Both the position numbers and the translations under genes were made by a program. A DNA stretch of 64,000 nt from an uncultured delta proteobacterium (GTDB lineage Bacteria > Myxococcota_A > Polyangia > Palsa-1104). Positions within the stretch are counted from its first letter, which is position 1. Every line of letters begins with the position of its first letter. This document shows, in pieces, positions 27,276 to 37,365 of the stretch. A model generated the notes under the pieces. It was not told where the DNA came from and searched no databases. It saw nothing but the letters and a program-made list of their open reading frames with translations. The stretch is taken from NCBI GenBank assembly GCA_963785725.1, contig CAWAWS010000003.1, positions 1 through 64,000 of the forward strand. The letters are read 5' to 3'.

Positions 27276-28268
27276 CTAAGCCTGCATCGGCGCGAGCAGA
27301 TTGAGGCTGAAGCGGCCGAGGTCGTCGCGCCAGCGCTGCTCGACGGCGAGCCCGGAGTCGGCGGCGAGCGCGTCGATCTCGGCCGGCGAATACTTGTACG
27401 ACGACTCGGTGTGAATGGCCTCGCCGTCGCGGAATGACACCGTCATCTCCAGCTCGTCGATGCGCACGCGCTGCTTGCCGCGCGCCACGAGGTACATCGA
27501 CACGCAGCCGGCGCGCTCGTGCCAAACGGCGCGATGGTCGAAGCGATCGACGTCGAAGTGGCCGCCGAGCTCGCGGTTGATGCGTATCAACAAGTTGCGA
27601 TTGAAGCGCGCGGTCGTGCCCGCGGCGTCGTCGTAGGCGCGCTCGAGCACCTTGCGCCCTTTGCGCAGGTCGATGCCGACGAGCAGCCGATCGCTCGGCG
27701 ACAACATCGCGCGCAGCGACTGCAAGAAGCCGCCGGCCTCTTCGGGCGCGTAGTTGCCGATGCTGGAGCCGAGCCACAAGATGATCTTGGGCCGGCCCGC
27801 TTCCAGCTGACGGATGCGCTGCAGGCCTGGCTCGTACTCGGCGGCGATGGGCACCAGCTCCAGCGCCGGCCGCGTCCGCGCCAGCTGGGCACAGGACTCC
27901 GCCAGCATCGTCGCCGAGACGTCGATCGGCAGATAGCGCAGCTGCTCGTGCGCCGACAAGAAGGCGTCGATGAGCAGCTGCGTCTTGGTCGAGCTGCCGC
28001 TGCCGAGCTCGACCATCGACGTCGCCGGTGCCAGGCGTCGCACGATGTCGCCGGCGTGCGCGTCGAGGATGGAGCGCTCGGCGCGCGTCGGATAATACTC
28101 GGGCAGCTCGCAAATCTCTTCGAAGAGCCGCGATCCCTCCTCATCATAGAAGTACTTACACGACAGGTGCTTCGCGGCGGCGCTGAGCCCTTCGCGAACG
28201 TCGGCGGCGAAATCGCTCTCCGACGCTGGCTCAATCTCCGCTCGCGCTTCTTCGGCACGTAGAGGCAT
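27276..28268 (-). CDS. egtD: L-histidine N(alpha)-methyltransferase EgtD (Methyltransf_33)
   Basis: 'KYFYDEEGSRLFEEICELPEYYPTRAE', 'ELGSGSSTKT', 'LGSSIGN', 'AYDDAAGTTARFNRN', 'IHTESSYKY'. Confidence 0.9.
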   Translation of the reverse strand: MPLRAEEARAEIEPASESDFAADVREGLSAAAKHLSCKYFYDEEGSRLFEEICELPEYYPTRAERSILDAHAGDIVRRLAPATSMVELGSGSSTKTQLLIDAFLSAHEQLRYLPIDVSATMLAESCAQLARTRPALELVPIAAEYEPGLQRIRQLEAGRPKIILWLGSSIGNYAPEEAGGFLQSLRAMLSPSDRLLVGIDLRKGRKVLERAYDDAAGTTARFNRNLLIRINRELGGHFDVDRFDHRAVWHERAGCVSMYLVARGKQRVRIDELEMTVSFRDGEAIHTESSYKYSPAEIDALAADSGLAVEQRWRDDLGRFSLNLLAPMQA

Positions 28269-28476
28269 GTCAGATTGCAATAGGGCCTCGCGAACGTGTG
28301 CACAATGGCACCGCGCACGATTGGTTGGATCTTACGGGAGACACTCGAGCTAACTCTTGTGAGTGAAACGGTTTTACGGACGCGACGAGCGTCGCTTTTT
28401 GCGCACGCGTCGCTTCGTTGTAACGCGCTTTGCCAAGTTTGTTTGAGCCGCGGCGCGTCGTCGTCGAGTCGCCCGT

Positions 28477-29556
28477 ATGATGGCGACACTCAACGGAGAG
28501 TGGACGATGGACCCGCGTCAAATGCTTCGAGCCTTGCTTGCGCCGAATGTGAGCTCGAGGGCTGGGAAGATTCGCCGTCGGGCCATCCCGGTCGCCTTCG
28601 TCTCGTGTGTGCTCGCGTTCGTCGGCTGCGCGTCGGCGGAGAAAGGCGGCACCGGCCTGCCGACCGGCGGCAACGGCACCTGCACCGACGGCGCCGCCTG
28701 CACGACGAACAATCCCGGCGCCTGCGTCAAAGGTCACACCGTCTGCTCGAGCGGCGTCGCGACCTGCATGCCCGACGTGACGACGCAGTCGTGCTACGGC
28801 GCCGATCCCGACACGCAGAACAAGGGCATCTGTCATGCCGGCACCCAGAGCTGCGTCGGAACACTCGGCATGTGCATGGGCGCCGTCTTGCCGATGAAGA
28901 CCGAGAACTGCTTCAACGAGCTCGACGACGACTGCGACGGCACCGCCAACAACGGCTGTCCGTCGAGCCTCAGCATCGGCACCAGCGATCCGTTGGTGGC
29001 GCGCGGCGGCTCGGGCGGCAGCGTCGCGAGCTCGATGTGTCCCGCCGGCTCGCTCGTCACCGCCGTGCAGGTCACGCTCAGCGCCATCGGCGTCAGCCCC
29101 GGCTACGTCATCTCCGTGCAGCCGAGCTGCGCGACGCCGACGCTGCAGAAGAACACCAGCGACTACTCGGTCGTGCTCACGCCGACGACCTCGCCGGCGC
29201 CGATGCTCGGCACCGACGCCGCGCGCACCGGCAGCTCGTGGATCACGTGCGCGACGCCGGGCTCGTTCGCCAACGGCACGCAAGGCAGCGTCGAGAACGA
29301 CGGCCGCACCGTCATCGAGTCCATCGGCGCCAACTGCGCGACGCTGGCGCTGACGCTCGACGCCACCAACAAGCTGCAGCTGGCGATGACGCCGGACACG
29401 ATCGACTCCGGCTCGGCGTCGGTCCAAGTCACCGGCACCGTGTGGACCGACAGCTGCGGCGCCAACGAGGTGCTCATCGGCTTCCAAGGCCGCACCGGCG
29501 CGCAAATGGACCAGATTCAGGGCGTCTGCGCCCCGCTCACCGTCAATTACCTGTAG
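28477..29556 (+). CDS. Cys-rich secreted lipoprotein with a DDDCDG metal-binding-type motif and a C-terminal lectin-like region (start uncertain)
   Basis: Lipobox 'AFVGC'; 'ENCFNELDDDCDGTANNGC'; C-terminal 'CGANEVLIGFQGRTGAQMDQIQGVC'. Confidence 0.65.
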   Translation: MMATLNGEWTMDPRQMLRALLAPNVSSRAGKIRRRAIPVAFVSCVLAFVGCASAEKGGTGLPTGGNGTCTDGAACTTNNPGACVKGHTVCSSGVATCMPDVTTQSCYGADPDTQNKGICHAGTQSCVGTLGMCMGAVLPMKTENCFNELDDDCDGTANNGCPSSLSIGTSDPLVARGGSGGSVASSMCPAGSLVTAVQVTLSAIGVSPGYVISVQPSCATPTLQKNTSDYSVVLTPTTSPAPMLGTDAARTGSSWITCATPGSFANGTQGSVENDGRTVIESIGANCATLALTLDATNKLQLAMTPDTIDSGSASVQVTGTVWTDSCGANEVLIGFQGRTGAQMDQIQGVCAPLTVNYL

Positions 29557-29604
29557 CTTTCGAAGTCGCAGCGCCGATCGGCGCCTTGTGGCAGACTCCC
29601 GCCG

Positions 29605-30585
29605 ATGACGTTCGCAGGACCTTTGGCGCCGCTGTTCGCGCAGCCGGCGATTGTGCTGGCGCCGATGGAGGACGTCACCGATCTGCCGTTCCGTCGCTTG
29701 TGCCGCGAGTTGGGCGCGGGTCTGACGATGACCGAGTTCATCCGCGCCGAGCACCTCATCGCCGGCAGCCGCTCGGCCGCGCGCAAGCTGACGCTGGCGC
29801 CCGATGACCGCCCGACCGCCATCCAAATTTACGGCGCCGACGCGACGTTGCTGATGGAAGCCGCCGGCGTGGCCGCGGCCGCCGACCCGACGTTCGTCGA
29901 CATCAACTGCGGCTGCTGGGTGCCGCGCGTGGCCCGTGGCGGCGCGGGCGCGGCCTGGCTCAAGCGACCGTCGGCGATGGTGGAGATGGCGACGCGCGTG
30001 GTGACGGCCATCGCGCCCATGCCGGTCACGGTCAAGACGCGCATCGGCTGGGGCGACGAGACGGAGATGCCAATCGTCGACCTGGCGCGGCGGCTCGAGG
30101 ACGCCGGCGTCGCCGCCATCACCGTCCACTGCCGCACGGCGCAGATGGGCCATCGCGGCCGCGCCGATTGGAGCTGGGCGCGTCGCGTGCGCGAAGTCGT
30201 CGACATCCCCGTCATCGTCAACGGCGACATTCGCTCCGGCGCCGACGCGCGCCGCGCGCTCGACGAGACCGGCGCCGCCGGCGTCATGATCGGCCGCGCC
30301 GCCATCGACAGCCCGTGGGTGTTCCGCGACGTGCGCGCGCGGCTCGAGCGCGGCGAATCGGCGGCGCCGCCCTCGTTCGCCGAGCGCATCGCGCTCTACG
30401 CCCGCGTCCTCGCCGACAACGTGCACAAGCGCGGCCCCAAGTTCGGCGTCGAGGTCACGCGCCGTCACGCGCGCACGTGGTTCGACGGCTGCGACGGCGG
30501 CGCCGAGCTGCGCGCGCAGCTGTTCGCGGCGGCGACCGAGGCCGAGTGCCTGGCCGTGCTCGCCGGCGTCCGCGCCGCCGCCTGA
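29605..30585 (+). CDS. dusB: tRNA-dihydrouridine synthase (DusB-like)
   Basis: 'LAPMEDVTDLPFR', 'VDINCGCWV', 'VTVKTRIGW', 'NGDI', 'GVMIGRAAI'. Confidence 0.88.
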   Translation: MTFAGPLAPLFAQPAIVLAPMEDVTDLPFRRLCRELGAGLTMTEFIRAEHLIAGSRSAARKLTLAPDDRPTAIQIYGADATLLMEAAGVAAAADPTFVDINCGCWVPRVARGGAGAAWLKRPSAMVEMATRVVTAIAPMPVTVKTRIGWGDETEMPIVDLARRLEDAGVAAITVHCRTAQMGHRGRADWSWARRVREVVDIPVIVNGDIRSGADARRALDETGAAGVMIGRAAIDSPWVFRDVRARLERGESAAPPSFAERIALYARVLADNVHKRGPKFGVEVTRRHARTWFDGCDGGAELRAQLFAAATEAECLAVLAGVRAAA

Positions 30586-30614
30586 AGTAAACAGCCGTTT
30601 ACTCGTTCGACCGT

Positions 30615-30656
30615 AAAAAGGCGAACGCCCGCCGCAGCCGAAGCTGACAGCGGGCG
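30615..30656 (-). terminator. Terminator candidate between the convergent dusB and chitinase genes
   Basis: CGCCCGC...GCGGGCG stem; A-run at 30615-19 gives a U-tract on the minus strand. Confidence 0.4.
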
Positions 30657-30684
30657 CCGCGTGGTTGGCGATGTAACCGACTGT

Positions 30685-32197
30685 TTACTTGCTGACGGCC
30701 TGGAAGATCTTGCTGAACTGGAAGGTGCTGGTGTCGAGGTTGGAGCAGCGGTCGCCGTCGCCGTAGCCGCTCGACGGGCACTTCTCGTCGCGCTGGATGG
30801 CCCAGAAGGCGAGGAGGCCAATGCCCTTCGACTTGGCGTAATTGGCGAGCGTGCTGGCGTCGTCGAGGCTGAAGACTTCGCTGTCGTCGTTCTTGCCGAT
30901 CATGGGCGTGACGCCGACCATCTGGTACGCGGCGGCCGAGGAGAGGCCGCTGATGGCCGACTGCAGCTGCGACGCGGTGGCGTCGGCCGACGAGAGCGAG
31001 GCCGAGCCGACGTCGGTGCCGTCGCCGTAGTCCATCGTCATGACGTTGACGTGCGAGATGGTGACGCCGGCCTTGAGCGCCGAGGTGACGACGGCGAGGC
31101 CGAGGCTGTCGAGGCCGTCCGGGTTGACCGGCAAGGTGAAGGCGACCTTGATGCCGCGCGACGCCTGCACCGTCTTCAAGGCGCTGGCGCGCATGGCGTT
31201 GATGGTCGCGTTGCTGGTCGACGAGCCCTGCTCGATGTCGAAGTCGAGGTCGGTGATGCCGGTGGCGTCGACGAAGCCTTCGAGGGCCGACGCCAGCGCG
31301 CTCGCCGACGAGCAGGCGCTCTCCAAGTAGGTGCCGTCGGCGCCGCCGAAGCTGGCTTTGACGTGACCGCCGGCCGCTTGGAAGGCTTTGACGTCGGACA
31401 AGTTGTTCTGGATGTCGGTCGACGTCGTGCAGCCGCCGCCCGAGAGCACGAAAGCGATGGTGACGTCGGACGGGCCGCCGGCCGCTTTCATCGAGGTCAA
31501 GCTGGAGAAGGCGTAGTCGCTCGAGCCCCAACCCCACGTGTAGAAGTAGGGCGCGAACTCGGTGCCGCTCGTCGGCGACGTGCCGCCGCCGCCGGCCGTG
31601 CCGCCGCCGCCGGCCGTGCCGCCGCCGCCGGCGCTGCCACCGCCGCCGGCCGTGCCGCCGCCGGCCGCGCGCGCTGATCTTCCACTGCTGCGCCGCGGTG
31701 CCGTTGCAGTCGTAGAGCTGGACGGTGGCGCCGTCGGCGTTCGAGGCCGCGGCGACGTCGATGCAGCGGTTGCTGTTGGGATTGCGCAGCTGCGAATAGC
31801 CGGCGGCGCTCGACGCCTCGGCCACGAAGGTCTGCGCGACGGTGTTGTTGCAATCGTAGAGCTGCACTTTGGTGCCGTTGGCGGTGCCGGCGGCGGCGAG
31901 GTCGACGCACTTGCCGCTGTTGGTGTTGACGATCTTCACGCCACCCGTGACCGGCTCTAGCAGGAAGTCCTGCGCGCCGGTCCCGTTGCAGGTGTACTGC
32001 TGGATCTTGGTGCCGTCCGCGGTGCCGGCGGCGGCGACGTCGAGGCACTTGGCGCTGCCGTTGCGGACGATGGCGCCGCCCGACGTGACGGCGCTGGGAT
32101 CGCCCGTGCCTTCACCACCGACGGAACCGCCAACGCAACCACCGGCGCTGAGCGCGGCGGTGAGACAAAACATGATCGAGCGCGGCTTTAGGCCCAT
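30685..32197 (-). CDS. Lipoprotein with a ricin-B lectin domain and a GH18 chitinase domain (frameshift near 31680)
   Basis: AAAGGAG RBS; lipobox 'SAGGC'; ricin repeats; 'EFAPYFYTW', 'SFGGADG', catalytic 'TDLDFDIEQG' (DxDxE), 'VNVMTMDYG', 'TPMIGKND', 'FWAIQRD'. Confidence 0.85.
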
Positions 32198-32582
32198 GCG
32201 TGCTCCTTTGGTTGAGCGCGACCGCGTTCGTAGCCGGCCGACTTTCGAGTGCACCTCCCTTTTGCGAGAATGGGTCCAGCCGCCCCAGGCCATAACCGAC
32301 TGAAATTACGTAGGCAGTCGAGTGTATCAACGAAGGGACAGCACCTCGGCTGTCCACCTCCGGTTTCCGAATCGGCGCGTAGGACGGCCGCGCGAAGGCC
32401 GCTCACGACACAGTCGGCGCGGCTGCCGCGGCAGAAACGCGGCGTGATGCAGGTCGTAGGCGGCGAAAGGTGGGAGGCACACACGCGAGCCATGGATCGC
32501 GAGACGGCGGAGCACGTTCGCTGTCGGCGCTGCGGGGCTACGTCACGTGGCGCTGGCACAGCTGCTGCGCATCACGGTTAGC

Positions 32583-33071
32583 TTAAAGCGACAAGCGAAA
32601 GAGCGGCCGGCCGATCGCACGCCACGGCCACGGAAACGCCGACGCCACGAACACGAAGAACACCAGCAGCGTCGTGCACAGGATGCGCTGCTTACGCGAC
32701 TCGGGCGCGCGCTTACTGACGGCCCGTCCGACATGCGCGGTCACGAACGCCAGCAGCATCGCCGTCTCGTGCTCGATGCCGAAGAAGCGCGCGTCTTGGC
32801 TCTTCATGGTCGCCGCAAACGCCGTATGAATCGCCGTCCAATAGGGGCTGAAGCCGAAGTAGAGCGTCAGGCCGAGCAGCACTTGGATATCGACGGCGGC
32901 GACGAACAGCAGCGACGCCCGCTCGTCGCCGGCCGTCCAGCCGCGCGCGCGAATCGCCCGCACGAGGACGACGATCGCCGACAGCACGACCATCCAGCGC
33001 CAATAGCTGTGCACGAGGCGCAGCCAGCCGTACACATGCGTCGTCGTCGCGGCAGCGTCATGAAGCGACAT
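32583..33071 (-). CDS. Four-TM membrane protein with several membrane His residues (possible heme-b binding)
   Basis: 'HSYWRWMVV', 'DIQVLLGLTLY', 'RFFGIEHETAML..TAHVG', 'FPWPW'. Confidence 0.6.
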   Translation of the reverse strand: MSLHDAAATTTHVYGWLRLVHSYWRWMVVLSAIVVLVRAIRARGWTAGDERASLLFVAAVDIQVLLGLTLYFGFSPYWTAIHTAFAATMKSQDARFFGIEHETAMLLAFVTAHVGRAVSKRAPESRKQRILCTTLLVFFVFVASAFPWPWRAIGRPLFRLSL

Positions 33072-33112
33072 GAGATGGCCCTACTCTGGCGTCAATCGTG
33101 AGCGCGCGCGAG

Positions 33113-33194
33113 TGGCAAGAATGCCAATCTTCGTCGATTTCTCGCCAGTCTTTTGTCGTGGCAAAATCTCGATGGTGCTTTAGATTTCGGCCAT
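33113..33194. promoter_or_regulatory. Paired TGGC...GCCA operator candidates between the divergent membrane-protein and GlxA-type regulator genes
   Basis: Minus strand carries TGGCGAGAAATCGACGAAGATTGGCATTCTTGCCA and TGGCCGAAATCTAAAGCACCATCGAGATTTTGCCA in tandem; palindrome TGGCAAGAATGCCA at 33113-33126. Confidence 0.5.
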
Positions 33195-34143
33195 GCTCCT
33201 CATCGCGGTGGTCGCCTGCGACGGCGTCGTCCCCTTCGATCTCGCGACGCCCGTCGGCGTCTTCGGCAACACGCGCTTGGCCTCGGGCCGCGCCGCCTAT
33301 GACGTGCGCGTCTGCGGCGTCACGCGCGACATCGACGCCGGCACGTTCCGCATGCGCCCGCGTTACGGGCTGCGCAGCCTGGCCGACGCGCACACGATCA
33401 TCCTGCCCGGCGTCATCGACCCGTTCGCGCCGGTGCCGCTGCCGCTCGTGCGCGCGGTGCGGGCGGCGGCGGCGCGTGGAGCGCGCGTGGCCTCGATCTG
33501 CAGCGGCGCGTTCCTGCTCGCCGCGACCGGCCTCCTCGACGGCAAGCGCGCGACGACGCACTGGCTGGCGGCGGCCGAGCTGGCGCGCCTGCACCCGGCG
33601 ATCACCGTCGATCCCGACGTGCTGTATGTCGACGAAGGGCAGCTTCTGACGTCGGCGGGCGCGGCGGCGGGGCTCGATCTGTGTCTGCATTTGGTGCGCC
33701 GCGATTACGGCGCGGCCGTCGCTGCCGACAGCGCGCGCCGCTCGGTCATGCCGCTCGAGCGCTCGGGCGGGCAGGCGCAGTTCATCGTCCACGAGCCGCC
33801 GGCCGGCGACGGCGCGTCGCTGGAGCCGCTGCAGCGCTGGGTCGAGGCGAACCTGCATCGGCCGCTGACGCTGGAAGATTTGGCGCGCAAGGCGGCGATG
33901 AGCACGCGCACGCTCAATCGCCGCTTCCGCGAGCAGACGGGCACGACGCCGTTGCAGTGGCTGCTGCGTTGTCGCGTGCGCCGCGCGCAGCAGCTGTTGG
34001 AGACGACGGGCCAGTCGGTGGAGCAGGTGGCGACGCGCGCCGGCTTCGGCTCGGCGGCGGCGCTGCGCGATCGCTTCGGGCGCGTCGTCGGGACCGGCCC
34101 GCGCGCCTACCGGCACAACTTCCGCGGCGCCGCGGCGCGCTGA
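33193..34143 (+). CDS. GlxA/FtrA-family transcriptional regulator (DJ-1/PfpI-like + AraC HTH)
   Basis: 'VASICSGAFLLAATGLLDGKRATTHW', 'TSAGAAAGLDLCLHLVRRDYG', 'RSGGQAQF', 'AQQLLETT..VEQVA..AGFGS'. Confidence 0.92.
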   Translation: MLLIAVVACDGVVPFDLATPVGVFGNTRLASGRAAYDVRVCGVTRDIDAGTFRMRPRYGLRSLADAHTIILPGVIDPFAPVPLPLVRAVRAAAARGARVASICSGAFLLAATGLLDGKRATTHWLAAAELARLHPAITVDPDVLYVDEGQLLTSAGAAAGLDLCLHLVRRDYGAAVAADSARRSVMPLERSGGQAQFIVHEPPAGDGASLEPLQRWVEANLHRPLTLEDLARKAAMSTRTLNRRFREQTGTTPLQWLLRCRVRRAQQLLETTGQSVEQVATRAGFGSAAALRDRFGRVVGTGPRAYRHNFRGAAAR

Positions 34144-34473
34144 GCCCGGCGCGGCTTGCAACGGCCGCGGCGTCAGGTCGCCAAAGTCGGCGTCGGCACG
34201 GTTCTCGCCCGATTTACCGCGGCGAAACAGGTCGCGTCGTCGGACCACGAGGCGCGCAAGCGCCGAATCTCTTGCGCGCGCCGGGCATTTTCCGCGCTCC
34301 AGCCGTCTTTATGGGTGCAACTGGGTGTCGCAGCGCGCTTCGGGCTAGGCAAAAGGCGCGAGGTCTGGCAACGACAAAAATCACCAAAAATCAGATTTTT
34401 GTTTCGTGGTCACACGGAATCATCGTAAGAAAACCAATCGCTAGACCCCTCAATATTTTTTGCAGGAGATGAA

Positions 34474-35016
34474 ATGCGTAAAGGTTTGATCATCGTTTCT
34501 TTGCTCGGTTGGATTGCTGGCTGCGGCGGTAGCAGCAAGAGCGGTAACGGCGGTGGCGGCGGCAGCGGTGGCGGCGGCGGCACCGGCGGCGGCGTGGCCG
34601 CTGGCGGCGGCGGCACGGCCGCGAACCCCGACCTCGCGACCCCGGCGGCTCCGCCGGATATGGTGCAGCTCAACTGCTCTCAGCTCTCCATGTGCATCAA
34701 CGCGAACCCGAACGATTCGTCGGTGCAGCAGGCCTGCTACAACGCCAGCACGACGACCGCGCAGAACCTGTTCAACGCCTACCAGAATTGCTTTACGACC
34801 GAGTGCACCCCGGTCAGCGCGACGAGCACCGACCCCTGTCTGCAGACGCAGGACGCCTGCTTGAGCTGCACGCAGTCGGGCGTCGCCACGACCGACATGG
34901 GCATGATCCAGGGCTACAGCGCCACGTGCGTCACGACCCAGGGCGGCGCCACGCAGACGAGCCCGACCTGCTCGACCTGCATCGCGGCCGTCTACGCCTG
35001 CCAGCTCGATATGTAG
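34474..35016 (+). CDS. Cys-rich secreted lipoprotein of unknown function
   Basis: AGGAG RBS; lipobox 'WIAGC'; Gly linker; Cys-rich C-terminal domain. Confidence 0.7.
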   Translation: MRKGLIIVSLLGWIAGCGGSSKSGNGGGGGSGGGGGTGGGVAAGGGGTAANPDLATPAAPPDMVQLNCSQLSMCINANPNDSSVQQACYNASTTTAQNLFNAYQNCFTTECTPVSATSTDPCLQTQDACLSCTQSGVATTDMGMIQGYSATCVTTQGGATQTSPTCSTCIAAVYACQLDM

Positions 35017-35348
35017 CTCGTTCCACGCTCGCTCCCTCCTCCGCTCGTCTCGTCTAGCCCGCACGCATCGCCAGCTCGTCATCGCGATCGCACCTCGCGC
35101 CCGTCGCTATATGCGCCTTGCCCGTATGATTCAGTGCGCGCGAGCCGCCCGCGGCGCCGTCACGTGAAGCGGCGACCGCCGGCTTCGTTCTCTGCGCATG
35201 TGCCGGGCGCTGCTGCGGCGGGCGCCGAGCTTGTCTGCCGTCGTCGATAGGCTGGTCGAGCGCGAAGGTCGTCGCCGAAGCGACTTGGGCCAGGCTCGGT
35301 GATGACGGAGGTGTTTGCGGAAAGGCGCTGGTGTTTCGGAGCTGACGG

Positions 35349-35393
35349 AAAAGAAGCGACGCCGCCGGCGGGAGGGGCCACCGGCGACGTCGC
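35349..35393 (-). terminator. Intrinsic terminator of the second chitinase
   Basis: 13-bp stem GCGACGCCGCCGG/CCGGCGACGTCGC followed on the minus strand by TTCTTTT, about 10 nt after the stop. Confidence 0.65.
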
Positions 35394-35402
35394 CCGAGGG
35401 GC

Positions 35403-37050
35403 CTAGTGCATGCCGTTCGCGAGGAACGCCTTCAGGTAGCCGTGCACGCCGACGCCGCCGATGGAGTTGCACGTCGGCGAGGCCGAGCCCGCCGGGCAAT
35501 CGGTGTCGCGGTCGTACGACCAGTAGTGGATGCCGGCCATGCCCTTGGAGATGGCGAACTGCGAGATGGTGTCGACGTCAGCGACGGTGAAGTGCTCGTC
35601 CTGCGCGTCGTTGCCGCCGATCATCGGGGTCAGCTCGATGTTGCTGTAAGGCACGCCCCAGTGGTCGTTGAGGTTGTCGGCCGCCTGAATCGCCGACTGA
35701 CCCATCTGGCACAAGCCGCCCGAGACGACGCAGACGCCGGCCGACGGGCTGCCGTAGTCCATCGTCATCAGGTTGACCGTGACGTAGCTGGGCCAGCGTG
35801 CCGGCCGAGCCGTTGAAGCCGAGGCCGCTCTTGACCGCGTTGAGCGTGTTGTCGCCGTAGACGTTGAAGCTGTCGGGCGCGCTTCCGCCGAGCGACGTGG
35901 CCGAGCTGGCGCCGTTGTTGTTCGCCAGCGTCGCCAAGGTGAGGCTGAAGCGCAGGCCCGGGTACGCCGAGTGCGCCGTCTTGATGCGGGCGATCAGGTC
36001 ATTGATGACGTCCTGCGACTGGCCGGCCTCGATGTCGAAGTCGACGCCGATGAGGCCGGGCGACGACCAGCGGCTGATGAAGGTCGCGAAGCCGGCGTCG
36101 GTGCCGCACGTGAAGGAGCCGGCCGCGCCGCCCGTCGACAGGATGTACTTGACGCCCGAGCTCGACAGCGTCGGCACGTTGGCCGAGGCCATGGCCGCGC
36201 CCTGCACGCCGCCCCAGTTTTCACTGCCGCACTCGCCGGTGGCGAAGGCGAGCGTGATGGTCTTGCCGCCGGCCGAGGTCAGATCCTGCGTCAGCGGCGT
36301 GGGCGTGCCCGTGACGCTGGTGGTGATCATGTTGGTGTTCCAGTTCATGTTGATGCTGGTGTCCTTGTAGGCGCTGAACACGAGGCCCGCCGCCGCGCCG
36401 GTGCCGCCGCCGCCACCGGTCGTACCGCCGCCGCCCGCGCTACCGCCGCCGCCGGCCGAGCCGCTGCCGCCGGCCGAGCCGCTGCCGCCCGCCGAGCCGC
36501 CGCCGCTGCACGCGCCCTCGTCGGCCCAGACGCCGCTGCCGCCGGTGCTGGGGGCCTCGCCTTGCGTCCACCACTTCGCCTCCCACGTGTGGCCGTTGTA
36601 GCTCACGAGCATGCCGCCGGTGTAGATCGCGCTCGCGCTCCACGCGGCCGCCGTGCAGGTGCCGCCCGAGCCGCCGCTGCCAGCCGAGCCGCCGCCGCCA
36701 GCCGTGCCGCTTCCACCGGCCGTGCCGCTTCCACCGGCCGTGCCGCTTCCACCGGCCGTGCCGCCGCCGTTCGAGCACTGCACGGGCGTCCACAGCGCGG
36801 GCACGGCCGAGGGCGTCCAGTCCGACAGCGCCGTGTGGCCCTGCAAGCATTGGTAGTCGCTGCCCTGGTAGCTGACGATGGCGCCGGTCGCGTAGGACGT
36901 GCCGGGCGTCCAGGCCGGCACCGAAGCCGGGCACGTCACGCTGAGTGGGGCGGAGGATTCATGCTCGCCAGCCGCGCCACACCCGGCCACCGCGGCAAAC
37001 ATGATGAGAATGGAAGGAGCGCGAAGAGCTTTGACGAGTGTTGGTCGCAT
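35403..37050 (-). CDS. Lipoprotein GH18 chitinase with two CBM5/12 chitin-binding domains (frameshift near 35790)
   Basis: Lipobox 'AVAGC'; 'AWTPGTSYATGAIVSYQG..WTP..VPALW'; 'WSASAIYTGG..WEAKWWTQGEAP'; catalytic 'GVDFDIEAG'; 'MTMDYG', 'TPMIGGND', 'YWSYDRD'. Confidence 0.88.
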
Positions 37051-37365
37051 GACTCGGCCTCATCGCAAGACGAGGGCCACTCGGTTCTGCGTGCAAGCTG
37101 CTGAAAACGCGTAAACACGAATCGGCGGCGGTGAGGGGTGAAAGCACCTCGTGTCAACCTCGCATTCACAGCGACGGACGAGTGCGCACGGAAGGTCGCA
37201 GCGGCGCCCGCCAGCGACGGTAAACTGGAGTTGTCACTGTCTCTCGACGGAGACATGACGCAGCTCGGGGAGCGCGTTTCTGACGGCGCTCTCCGACGGG
37301 CAGCGACGATTCCGCGCGCGCTACGAGAGTCGTCCTGCGTCGCGGCGCGGCGAAGAAGCGGCGCC

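Noticed and set aside
32297..32355. Two hairpins upstream of the first chitinase (CGACTG..CAGTCG; GGACAGC..GCTGTCC) as a riboswitch
   Set aside because: No riboswitch consensus recognised; short stems are common at this GC content
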